A DNA stretch of 64,000 nucleotides from Lobosporangium transversale (taxonomy: Eukaryota): NCBI RefSeq assembly GCF_002105155.1, contig NW_019028989.1, forward strand, positions 806,001 to 870,000, written 5' to 3'. Every line of letters starts with the position of its first letter. Position 1 is the first letter of the stretch. A program made the translations under genes and the position numbers. This document shows, piece by piece, positions 24,645 to 41,990 of the stretch. The notes under the pieces were generated by a model. That model was not told the origin of the DNA. It did no database searches and was given only the letters and a program-made list of their open reading frames with translations.

Positions 24645-25184
24645 ATGCCTCGTTCAACTTTTGTCAACCACGACTTTGTCCTCACTGTGCTTGCTATTTA
24701 CGGTGCAACAGTCGCTTTCACTCGTTGGTTCCCTGAAGCTGACCTTGTTGCAGTCGAGGCCCATCCTTCGACCTATGTCAAGACTTTTGAGGCTGCGTCT
24801 CAGTCCCAATTGACACTTTATGCCGCCCATCTTGCTATCGATATCATCCGTGTCTTATCTCTTGCTGTCCTCGAGTCTGCCGCCTTTTCGTTTGCGTTCA
24901 TCGATGATGTCTTTGAGCCCTTCTCGTATGCGTTCATCCTCTTCTCTATGGTCATAGTAACTAAGGATATCTTGATGCTTGGATGCCTCCACGCCTTCCC
25001 TGCATCCAACGACCTTGCCGCTGCCAAAGTTGCAGAGTTGATGCCTCTCTCTGCGACGGTGGAGTACGGTCTTTTGCTTTGCGGAGCCTTGTCCTTGGCC
25101 AAGGGACTTTACCAGTGGACTTATGCCATTGGACGTGACAAGCGTCAGGTCATTGACAAGGAGGAAATCAAGAAGACTCAGTAA
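24645..25184 (+). CDS. Small multi-pass membrane protein (179 aa), function unknown, C-terminal KKxx
   Basis: Intronless ORF with host-like codon usage, about four hydrophobic segments, ends KKTQ. Confidence 0.8.
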   Translation: MPRSTFVNHDFVLTVLAIYGATVAFTRWFPEADLVAVEAHPSTYVKTFEAASQSQLTLYAAHLAIDIIRVLSLAVLESAAFSFAFIDDVFEPFSYAFILFSMVIVTKDILMLGCLHAFPASNDLAAAKVAELMPLSATVEYGLLLCGALSLAKGLYQWTYAIGRDKRQVIDKEEIKKTQ

Positions 25185-25768
25185 AAAAAAAAAAAAAAAA
25201 AAAAGAAAACAGTTATCACGGGCAAAGGCGATCGGATGGAGTATATAACGACAACCAAAAGATACTAAAGAGAGGAGATCTACCAACTGACAGAAGGCAG
25301 ATGGAATTGATCCCTGTTCCTGCATGTTTATTCTATTGACTTTTTTTTTTTTCCGTTCTTTCCTTGTTTTTTGATTTTTGATTTTTTTGTTTAGATTTTT
25401 CTGTTTTTGTCACCCCTAAAAGAGATCGAAGCCACCATCATCTATTACTCACCTTAGTTCCCAGTTGGGATTGCAATGCACCGCACTCTTTTTTTTTTTT
25501 TTTTTTTTTTTGTCTTACTTTTGTCTTACCTGTGTTGATCGACCCATGTAGTTTCTTAATCCTTTTTTAGCAAACTGCACTTTTACACACTGTACATCAT
25601 TAAAGTCCATATCCACACGAAAATTACAAAAAAAAATTTAGAATGTGTATAAATAATGTATAATGTTTGTAATATATATAAATATTTATTGATGTTTTGT
25701 GAAACAACGCCCCATCCTCAAGAGACATGCATTTCAAACCACGAGGAACACAAGGAACACAAGCACTA

Positions 25769-25804
<36 letters not shown>

Positions 25805-25880
25805 CCCTTCCTTTAGTTGATTAATGCTTTATTTCCCAATATGAACCTCAGGAGGAAGAGGATTCTTTACTTTTTTTCTT

Positions 25881-26058
25881 TTGAGCCGTGTCTTTAGAGA
25901 CTTGGATTTTGCGCTTATTTCCCAACTTCCACGTCTCAGTCTCTGTCAACGAGGACACTGGGGCTACAGAGATGACAGCGCGCGTAGTATTCCGACGCGT
26001 TTCTATACCAGTATAAAAAAGGTTAGCACTCTAACGTTGGACAAAGGATAGCCGCTAA
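25881..26058 (-). ncRNA. Unassigned structured element, copy B (rearranged relative of 13380-13667)
   Basis: Shares CTTTAGAGAC, CCAAC..CCA..TCTCAG, TTTCTATAC, TAGCACTCT and CGTTGGACAAAGGRTAGC with copy A; stems TCTCTGT/ACAGAGA and CGCGT/ACGCG; the two ends can pair. Confidence 0.4.
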
Positions 26059-26230
26059 TATAAAACAAAAAAAAAAAAAAAAAAAAAAAAAAAACACTCC
26101 GGCGATACGATGACATGTGCTTACCTGCATGCATTGCAACTGCGCGGCAATGTGAACTCAGACAGTCTTTTGCTGTAGCTTGGTTTAGACCCAGTAATGT
26201 ACCACTGGTATTTGAAAATCAATAAACATT

Positions 26231-26265
<35 letters not shown>

Positions 26266-28190
26266 AGAGAGAGAGAGAAGAGGGCCTTCAGCGTTAATGA
26301 AAACGAATGATCAGACTTTTGACTGAGAGATGAATTCTCGTTATGCATAGAGGAAAACCCTGGCTCCTTACAAATTCACGATATCGTATGGTCCACGCAA
26401 TTCCATAGCTCTCATTGCTTGCGAGCTTAATATGATATTTTTGCCTCTTGTTACTCGAATCAAACTTTGTGCATTGCTGATTAAATTCCTTCTCGCGCTT
26501 GCATCTAACCGTTAAAAAAAAAAAAAAAAAAAAAAAAAAAGTGTTTGTCAATGTTGGACTACAGATAGAGCAAAAAAAAAAAAAAAAAAAAAAAAGAAAG
26601 AAAGAAAAAGAAAATTGGAACATATTCACTTTTTGTTCCTTTAGTATTATTATTTACCTCTGATGGCAGCGCTATAACAGAGCTCGAAATAGATACCTCG
26701 TTCGATAGCCAATCCAACTGTAGAATGCTTAAGATAAAAGGGCAACCTTGCAGACATATCCAACGAGATAATATCGACTTCAAATGTCCCACACGCTGCC
26801 TGAAAAAGCTTTTCATTAGTGGGCTGCACTGCAATGATGTCGTATGATGATATAGTGGGGTTACCGGTATTCTAGTGGTCATTCAGTAATAAGACGTGTC
26901 CAAGATGAGAAAAGCTTTCATTTTCTTTATTTTTTCTTTTCTTTTTTTTTTTTTGAGCTAAAATATCTTTAAAGATACTCTTACCAGACCATAATTTTGT
27001 GAGACATCGTCAACTACCAATGTCAGCCTCGAATATTGCTTAAGATTGATTCCTGGAAGGTTGAGTTTTGTAATTGGGTTGATCTACAAAAGACCAGTTA
27101 TTATCGTTTTCAGATAAGAAAGAGAGGGTAAGAACAAGTCAAACAACCCCATTCGACTTTCTTTATACGAGCCCATATACTAGAGTTTGCTGATTGCACA
27201 AAATGCGTTGATCATACGTACATGATTGTTGCCTATTTTGCCTGTGACTTCGTGATTATAAGCTACGGCTTGATATCCTACTGTCGGGAGAGAGCTGTTC
27301 GTGAGCCATTGTGAGATTATAATGTACTTCTGGTATTCCAGCTCCTCATGGATTCTGTCCTAGATAAACTAATCGACACCTACAATGATTCAATAGCTCC
27401 ACTCTCTTCCTTGTTTCGAGCTGTTCCTGTGCAGCTTGGGCTGATCCGGGTGTGGCAGAGACCGGTAAATTGAGATCATAAAACATTGTAATTATTAAAT
27501 TCCTCCTTTCTGATGTTATTGGTCCTTCTGTACAATACTTGATACTATTGAGTTATAGTGTGAGCCCTCTTTTGTCTTTTCTTTTTTTGTTGTTGTTGTT
27601 GTTGTTGCTCCTATGCAGGTTTGATAGTTTGTTTGAAGTAAGCACATGCAGCCATGTATTAACCCTCCATTGCAATCTGCTACGCATTTATTTATTTTCG
27701 CTTTGGGCTTTATGGGACTGTGAACTTGGACATGCCTTAAAATGGACACATGAGAAAGTTGCTCCGTCGTAAAGTGCTGCGTACATTTTTCGCGTGCTCT
27801 CAAAGAAAATCAGACGCGCTTATTTGCAAGCATTCACATCATTTTTTTTTGTGTTCCCATCATCTCAATTGTAGTAGGCATTCATCCGACTTAACACCTT
27901 TCATCCACTACTTTTCTAGACTTGCTTTTCGTCTGTATAAAAGGCTTACAGCTCTTCCTCTTTTTTTCTTCAGTTTTCTTTTCGGGTCGTCCCTTTTATC
28001 AACTCTTACTCTTTCCTCGACCCTTCTTACCCATACACCTCTATACTTCACATTCCTCAGACAAAAATATACACAAAACAAACAACAATCTGTAGTCGGC
28101 GGCTATCATCCAGTTTGCTTTATACTACTTTTCACTGCAAGGTCAATCTTCATCTCTCTTTCTTTCGAACCCTCTTTCGTTACTCCAGCC

Positions 28191-33446
<5,256 letters not shown>

Positions 33447-33512
33447 ATACATAAATAAATAACAAATATACAGAAGTAAAAAATAAAAATAAAAAAAAAA
33501 AGCTTACATCCT

Positions 33513-33543
<31 letters not shown>

Positions 33544-33829
33544 GGTTTTGCTCTGTATTGGCTCCTTTCGTCAAAAAACCTTTACTTTCAAAACACAATG
33601 TTCTGATTTGACAAAAAAAGAGAAGTGCGTATTAATAAAACTAGAAAAAAAAAAGGGGGGGGGGGGTCCTCCTTTCCCTCTCTCTGTTGGTATATAATAA
33701 AAAGATTCCATAGCGGAATTGTCATGGTATTTTTTTCCTCTCTTTGTTTCAACCTGTCTGCAACAGATTTTTCATTGAACAGAGCCTTAAAAAAGAAGGA
33801 GGGCTTTCTTTTTTTTTTTTTTTTTTTTT

Positions 33830-36800
33830 TTAAGACTCATAATAATAGCATTGAGTCTTTTCCAGAATGGCCTCTCGGATCTCGCCCCAACGTTCCCATG
33901 GCTTGCGCGTAGTTTCCCAATTTGACCCTGCATACATAATAATCGTCTGGAACTGTCGCTCGCTCAACAGTCCCTCATGATCCAAAAACCGTAGGATCAT
34001 CTCTTTGATCTCCCATGGCAGTCCCGCAAGAGTCCCTCGAGGGCTTGGACTATTGATCTCCAAAGGGTACTGAAGCAGCAATTGGGACGGTTCTACTGTC
34101 TCAGCCTTGTCTATTGTGCTCATTTTTTCTTCTTGGTTACCTTCTACTCCTGACCCATTGTTCAAAGGATCCTGCAACTCATGTTCTGTGTCCAGGGTTG
34201 CAGGGGGGGTGGGCAATCCTGTTTGGATAGGTATCATTGCTGAAGATGATTCTTGATGAAGGGTCTCACTATCTTCAGTGTCAGTCAGGGTGCAAGTACT
34301 CGTAGCAGCAGTAGGGATCATGTAATCACCAGCATCTTTGGCAAACATCAGGATCCTGGCCTTCACTAGTATTTCAAAACATAATCTGTGAAGCCGGCTC
34401 GCTCGCTTGAAATTGAGACGAACATAGGTCTTGAGTGTTTTCAACGCCACTTTCATTTGAGCTCGTTCTTCCTCAATATCCCGTGCATTTCTGCCATTGC
34501 CTACTTCTGCTTGCCCTGCCCCTCCCCCTCCTAGTCCCTGCGCAAAAAAGCCTTGAGGCTGAGGATGCAAATAGCTCTGCAAAACTGGCATAGGAATGAC
34601 TGGCGAAAACAATGGCTGATGTGCAGGAAAGATTGAGGAAGCATGTGTCGATCCCAATACTTCACCGACCTGTGCCTCTGTCGGGACCATGAATTCCAAG
34701 GGGTTGATATTAGCCAATGTCTCGGCTGTATTTTCGATGATATTGGATGACCCCTGAATCTGGTCTGGGAAATAGCCCTGAGCCTGAGGCTGAAGGTGCT
34801 GTTGCTGCTGATATTGACGTGAAGGAGGTGGTGACAGGTACTGCTGATGGTGGGTATCAGCTTCACTTGATTGAAAGAGCTCAGGATACAGTCCTCCACC
34901 TCCGCTGTGACTTGAAAGACCTGCATTCGGGTTGCCGTCCACATCTAGTCTCAAGACCAGTAATGTGGTATTCGTCCGCATGGCAGAAATCAAGGCTTCT
35001 AGTCCTGCACGGCTCAGTGCAACGTCGTTCTCGCTCAAATCAAGCTCTTCCAGGTGGTTGTTGAGACACAGACCCTGGCTAAGGGCCAAGATCCCCATAT
35101 CACCAATGCAGTTACAGCCAAGATTCAAAACGCGCAAAGATACGTTGACACTCAGCTTGATGGCGAGTTTCAGAATACCTCCATCTGTCAGCTGACAGTC
35201 ATAAAGATTGAGTGAAACAACAGGGCATTGATGTGACTTGAGAGCCTCTGCCAAGTACGGAACACCTACATCAGTGACTTTGGCGCCTCGAAGGTCTAGA
35301 TGAGTGATCCTAGATTGAGGCAGGACCAAAATCTTACAAATATCAACACCTCCCGCAAACGACAAAGGATTGGCTTCCATGTTGATGTCTTTGAGAGGCA
35401 GATCACTTGACTCGAAAGCGGCCAAAATCGTGGAGGCTCCCCAATCCGAGATCTTGTTGAAGGATAAGTTGATATGAGTGATCTTTGTACTATGAATGAT
35501 TTTCGCAATGGAAATACAGCCGACATCGTTGATATCGTTATTGCATAGATCGAGCCGCCGAATATTGCAAGGTTTGTCCTTCTCGAGCCTAACCATGATC
35601 TATATGGGTTTAAGAGACCGGAATCATAACCAAAAAAAAAAAAAAAAAAAAAAAAAGAGAGAGGGCAATTAATACATAAGAAAAACAACTGAGGCTAAAG
35701 AAACAGGATGACATTCAAAATCCTGCGCCGACACGATGAGTTATACAAATGCATATGCGTATATGTGTGTGTATGTCCATGTGTCTGTACGGGTATATCT
35801 AGCCATAGCCTCTCCATCGCACAAATTTTCTTACCTGCTGTAAAGAGTGGACAGCCTTGGGCCCGAGATGATTCTCGCTTAGATCCAACTCCACTAAAGA
35901 CTGATTTTTATACAGTCCCGAAAGTTGAACAATCCCCTCAAAACCAAGCCGATTTCGGCCCAGATTTAGATACTGGATTCGACAGGCTCTATCTGCCATC
36001 AAGCCACCTACAGCCTGTGCACCCCATGTGCCCAGGTTAGTATCCCACAAATTCAGGTACACAATCCTGGAATAATAACGACTAAAGAAGATGTCATGAA
36101 TACTAATGGGCGAAACCATGTTTCCAGCCAGATTCAGCGAAATATCCTCTCCATTTGGATGAGTAGATCGTCCCAGTAATGGATCATCCGCCTCAAAATT
36201 CCCCAATAGATTGCCCGTGCTCGTAGGTGGCGATAGGAACTGCTCTTCCTGTGTCTGTGCTTGATCTACCATGTTCTCATAATCCAGCTGTGATCCCATG
36301 TCGTTATGGTTGTTGTTATTCTTGTTAAAAGTCAACTCATCCTCATTGCTGATATTGTTTTTGGTATATTTGTTCATTTGGTTTCTAAAAAGTATAGTGC
36401 CTTTGCTGTCCATTTCAAGCCTCATTGCCTCCAATGCACTCGCATCGTTATCTCCATCAAACATGCTATCTCCCTCCTCTCGATTGTGCGTATGAGCACT
36501 CATTATGGTCGGCGTTGAGGAATGGACACTATAAATAGGACAATCCCCGTTGTGATCATGATGGGAAGTGCCTCGACAGCGTTTGGGGTTGTTGCTGTCG
36601 CAGAGAGGATCGTCCATGGTAATAGCTACATCCACTAGGTCTCCATATAGACTACCGTTGAGGATAATGAGAGCATCTGAGATACTAATGGGTGAGACAT
36701 GATCGTCATACAGAATATATTTGGTCTCACTCGGAGGGAGGCACTCTTCGTCGTCGTCATCCATTTCGTCCTGCAAGGCATGTAGAGCCTCTTCATGTCC

Positions 36801-37433
36801 GTGTAGATCTAGGCCATCTTGCTCCAGTGTCAGCGAAATAGGTTGAGGAGCGGTCGCTGCTGCTGCCAGCGCAGTCGATTCAAGTGACAACATTTGTTCT
36901 TGAAAATACTGTGAAAACTGTGTAGAGTTCTCAATCGGGTTCGCCTCCATATTAGATGATGGGGTTGAATAGTCATGTAGTGGGTTTAATTCATCAGGGG
37001 GTTGTAGTGTTGCTGCAAGGACTGCCTCGATTTGTACTTCAGCTTCAGTGTCGACCTCCCCAAGGTCCTCGAGGTATAGCTGGAGCTGTAATTGTGTATG
37101 AAGTGCAAGGTCTTCATTGTATTGCCCAACCGAATTCTCGTCACATGATGGTATGATAGTAGCATCCTCCATCATATATTGCTGATGTTGCTGTTGTTGT
37201 GGTTGTGGTTGTGGTTGTGGTTGTGGTTGTGGTTGTGGTTGTGGTTGTGGCCCTAAGTTATAGTCTGGTTGTGATGATGAGGATGTAGCGGATGGCCAAA
37301 GGGGTAGGGTAAGCGTGGGCTTTGTTCCTGAGGTATTGCTGTTGAGAGTCGAGGATAGATTAGAATCATTACTATTGGATATGCTGGCTGTGTCTGTTAC
37401 TGGTTCTGCTACCAAGGGTGAGGAGATATGCAT
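33830..37433 (-). CDS. RNI-like leucine-rich repeat protein with C-terminal F-box-like motif; exons 37433-35835, 35599-33830
   Basis: About ten LxLxxNxI repeats across both ORFs; phase-0 GT-AG intron; acidic and PQ-repeat N-terminus; LAGLPWEIKEMILRFL near the C-terminus. Confidence 0.88.
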
Positions 37434-40269
37434 CGTGATGATTGTAAGATAGTACGGGAAGAAGACCGAAAAGAAAAGAAAATGTGTGAGAAAAAATTAC
37501 TAACCACTCAGGGATTGACAAAGACGCCGAGAAGAGCACTAAGGCGTCTTTATCTCTAACCAAATATGTCTTTGAAAAAGGGTTTAATATTTTATATATT
37601 TACCTCGCAAAGGGTCCTTTTCAGGCCCTAGTTCTGAAAGTGGGGAAGCGGCAATGTCAAGTGGCTCCATTGTGACATTCCCATCAACAGAATAACTTTT
37701 TAGTGAGATTCAAATGAGAAAAAGGAAGGTGAATGCTTTTTTTCTTTTTTTTTTTTCTATATATTTTTTACTTTTATTTATTGGTAGGATAAGCAAATGT
37801 TTATGAAGCTGAAGAGTAGAGGAGGAAAGAGGAAAAAATGGAGTGTGTTTGGTTTTGGTGAACGGTGCAGAAATGCTCCAGTAAATATGTGAGAAGAGAG
37901 GAATACATGTACTATACCGAAGAGAAACGTTGCAATGGAATATAGGAAAAAAAAAAAAGAAAAGAAAAGAAAAAAAAAAAGGGTTGCATCGACAATACAA
38001 CGAATGCAGTTCTTGAGCCTTGAGCCCGTGTTTGTTTGTTTGTTTGTCTGACAGGTTGAGGTTGGCGTGTCTGGATATGAAAAGAGAAGATGGAAGATGG
38101 CACAGGGACAGAAGGGACAGAAGGGACAGAAGGGACAGAAATGAAATCGAGACACAAGCGGGACAAGACTGGGAAAGAGACCAAATAGAGGAAGTGAATG
38201 AGCCATTTTTGGACCCGTCTCGAATTGTCTTTTTCTCATCCTGCAATCTCGGTATAATTTTATGCGTGGGTCCCCAAATCAATCACATCATGTCCATGAG
38301 ACCAATGACCCAATGACCCAAATGAGCCGAATGACAAATGGACTTTATTTTTATTTGTCTAGGCGCAGACAGATACTACATAGGGGGATGAGCATTGGAG
38401 AGATAGCGAGATAGCGATATAGGGTAAGGAAGTCAGAAAAGCAGGGGGTGAGGTGGTTAGCTTAGTCTAACAAAAAGGAAAAACACCAAGAAGAACAGAA
38501 CAGAGCATGGAGGTCAAAGGAGTAAAAAAGAGTAAGGAGAAGTAGATAAGGAAGTAAAAGGTGTCAAGAGAAGTATATAAACGCGTCGATCAAGACGTTT
38601 GACATGCAAAAATTGAACATCACTTTTATACATTTCACAAATAAAGAGATTGCGAGGTGTATCAGGAGGACTAAAAAACGACTTTTGGACTTGGCCATTA
38701 CAAACATCCAGTCGATCGGGTAAATAAATGCAGAGAATCAATCCCTCAGGGTTGAGCATACATACACCTGTACACGCGAAGGTGTGAGCACTGTCCCTAT
38801 CTAAAAAAAACACGCACACACAGGGTGCAGGTCTTGCATTGGGGGCATCGACACACGTGGCGAAAATGGTCTAGTCCTAACAGGTTTATATTTATACATA
38901 TTACAAATGAAGCGCACATTGGTGGCACCAGAATGCCGGTATTGTGGATTAGTGTGAGGCTTGTGTTTGTGGCTTGGAACAAAAACCGTTGCTAGTGAAA
39001 ACCGTTACTAATTGCACATGGGTAAACCTGCCAGGGGAAAAACTAAAAAAAAAAAAAAAAAAAAAAAATTGGGCGTAGAGTGTTGTATTATGCATGATGA
39101 CAGGGATAAAAACACTTGGCAACTTTTTTAGAAGGGAATGCGTAGTAGGAGCTAAAAAAAAAGGTGAACGAGGATCGATGAGAGGACGAGAGAATGATAG
39201 ATACACCATAGCATTCGTGATTGACGTGAAGGTCAAATAACCTTGCAGAGATATTAAGAAATGAATGGGCTATGATCAAGGGAATAAAAAAAATGTGTAG
39301 TACTATGTAAAGAGGGGGAAAAGAATATGAAAGTGAGCTGAAAGGAATGTAAGAAGTTGAAAAGATAAAAAAAAGAGAGAGAGAAAGAAAAAAAAAGGTT
39401 ACCAAATGGGGAATCCATTTTGCTGTGTTAAAAAAAAAAAAAAAAAAAAAAAGAACCATAGGTATGGGATATAGGAACATGGGGCATGGGGACATGGGGC
39501 ATTGATGAGGGGGGAAACAATTATACACTGTGCATTTGTGCAAATGCAGGACTTGTGTGTGATCCAAATTGCGTAAAAAATGTTATCAGATTTTGTCTTT
39601 CTCTTCTTTTACCTTATCAGATGGGCATACATTCATTTATACGGGAAAGAGATTGTGAGAGATGGGCAGTAAAAAAGATAAAGATACTATACCCAGTTGG
39701 TACATGTTTACTATGAAAACAACAACAACAATAACAACCGCCAATTTCTTTTTAATACCAAGCTGGTCTAGCATATTGCCATGATCATGATCATGATCAT
39801 GATAACAGGAAAAACTTCGTTTTGTGCTCAATTGACCTTCCATAACAAAGAGCACTTTTTTTTTTACTGTGGGAAATAAAAAGGATTGCCCAATGATGAC
39901 ACCTTTTTTCTAACCCATAAAATGAAAGCATCGTGGGATTATTTTTTTCCCTTTCACTTCTCTCCACCATTTCATTCCTTTCTCTGTATTCTCTCTGTTC
40001 TCTCCTTCAAACCTCGGCTTCCTTTCTTCTCATTGCCATTCCTTTTTATTCCATTCGTCTTTGCAAGCACATCTGTTCTCTTGGTAAAGAACCCCAACAA
40101 CATAAAGTCACTGACCATCTCTTGGTTGCACAAACAGCTGTTTGACTGCACACAAGACCGAGAATAGGGAGGGCAGAAGAATGTTGTTCTTCTTCTCAAA
40201 AGGATATACAAGCAAAACAGCCATACTAACCTTTTTTTTTTTTTCCTTCATTTCAGGAATTGAGAAAGA

Positions 40270-41772
40270 ATGATCATCACCGCTGCCATTGCCTTGAATA
40301 TTGTCAAGGGCCTCGTCTTAAGACAATCGCCTGTCGTTGTAATACCTACGAACCTGGCCACACCAACTTCCGATCAACAGCAACAGCAACAGCAATCACA
40401 GCAGCCATCATCAGCAATATTATCAACACCGCCAGCACCAGCGCCACCATCACCACCACCACCACCACCACAAGAGTATGACCCCAACACACCATACATT
40501 ACTCTCTCAGATTGTCATGCATGTCCAACTCCCTGCCCAGACCAGGATCACCTTCATTATCCTCCTTATCTCAAGATCGATCAAGAACTCCCCCTACTCA
40601 ACTCTACGAAACCCTACAGCCGACATGTCCTCATCTCTACTGGCAAAGATGATTGGGAAGCCAGTATTGACGACGATAAGGATTCCCTTGCCCCTTATAT
40701 GCAACAGGCTATCAATGAGGGACAACAACGTTTGAAAGAGGCCAATGGAGATCAAGACCTTCCTCGAATCGTCCTCACAAACTCCTCAAGAGTGTGTGAA
40801 GATTGGGAGGGACCGGGCTGGCAAGTCATTGTCTTGCCGGATCAGATCGTCGTCAACAATGTCACCCAAGATCAATGTCATGACTTTTTTGAGGCCTTCT
40901 TGAAGCCTCCAGTCGGATCTGTGGCTCTCAGTCGCCCACAACAGCAGCAACATCTGCATCAGAATGGCAGTGGCAATGGCAATGGCAATGGCAATAGCTC
41001 AAATGTTGTAGTCGATAAGGACTATGGTATAAATCGAGTCAGCAGTCTCAATGGGGTCAAAGGCGCCAATGGTGCTTATGCTATGAATGGTAACGATTAT
41101 CAGAATGGAGGGGACAAGTCATCTTCTACCACTAAGACCGAACAGCGCAAAGAAGGATCACGTATAATCACAACCACTACGACCATCACCAAAACTTCAT
41201 CCTCGACTGAGAACGGTCATGGTCATCAGAACATCAATGGTAACGGTAATGGTTATACGAATGGCAATAGCTATAGTAATGGTAATGCTCATCACTACCG
41301 TCACCAGAATGGCAATGGTCATCATCACTTCCATCACCACGCAGAAGAGACTGAAGAAGATAGGCGGGAAGTCACTGCGGGTAAGACGACATTCATCGCT
41401 CACAAATGGAAACCTAAAGCCGCATTGATGATTTGTTCACACCGTAAACGAGACAAGCGCTGTGGCGTTACTGCCCAGATCCTCAAGAAGGAGTTCACCC
41501 GTATCTTGAGATCTAGGGATATCTATGGCGATTGCGAAGATGATGTGGAGATCTGGCTCATCAGTCATATTGGAGGACACAAGTTCGCAGGCAATGTGAT
41601 TGTGCATCGACGTGAAGGGGGGGGCATGGCTGTCTGGTACGGCCGTGTGGAGCCATGCCATGCTGAAGCCATTGTTGAAAGGACAATCATCAATGGCGAA
41701 GTTATCAAGGAGCTCCATCGTGGAAGCATGATTGGAAGCTTCAATTCATCTTGTAAAAAAATGGCTTGGTGA
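40270..41772 (+). CDS. Sucrase/ferredoxin-like [2Fe-2S] protein (Apd1/Aim32 family)
   Basis: HVLISTG..DW, ICSHRKRDKRCG, SHIGGHKFAGN and WYGRV motifs. Confidence 0.9.
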   Translation: MIITAAIALNIVKGLVLRQSPVVVIPTNLATPTSDQQQQQQQSQQPSSAILSTPPAPAPPSPPPPPPQEYDPNTPYITLSDCHACPTPCPDQDHLHYPPYLKIDQELPLLNSTKPYSRHVLISTGKDDWEASIDDDKDSLAPYMQQAINEGQQRLKEANGDQDLPRIVLTNSSRVCEDWEGPGWQVIVLPDQIVVNNVTQDQCHDFFEAFLKPPVGSVALSRPQQQQHLHQNGSGNGNGNGNSSNVVVDKDYGINRVSSLNGVKGANGAYAMNGNDYQNGGDKSSSTTKTEQRKEGSRIITTTTTITKTSSSTENGHGHQNINGNGNGYTNGNSYSNGNAHHYRHQNGNGHHHFHHHAEETEEDRREVTAGKTTFIAHKWKPKAALMICSHRKRDKRCGVTAQILKKEFTRILRSRDIYGDCEDDVEIWLISHIGGHKFAGNVIVHRREGGGMAVWYGRVEPCHAEAIVERTIINGEVIKELHRGSMIGSFNSSCKKMAW

Positions 41773-41990
41773 AGTAAAAGCAAAAAAAAAAAAAAAAAAA
41801 AAAAGCGCAGGGCGCACTCACGAAATTTTATCTTTTTTCGTCTTTCAACCTTCCTCCCATCATTATTTCTCATCCATGTAAAAGGGATCTCATAACCAAA
41901 TAGTAGCATCAGTAATAATATCAATAATATAATCAAAAACAAATATTCATTTTATTGAATTTTAATATGCTTTTCTTTTTTTTTTTTTTT

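Noticed and set aside
26011..26055. U6atac-like AAGGTTAGCACTC...GACAAAGGAT
   Set aside because: Lacks the AAGGAGA box, the internal stem-loop pairs poorly and there is no U-tail; the blocks recur rearranged at 13.5 kb.
27750..28190. N-terminal extension of TBCD in the 299-aa ORF
   Set aside because: Pyrimidine-rich UTR-like sequence; protein-like sequence starts at the ATG at 28191.
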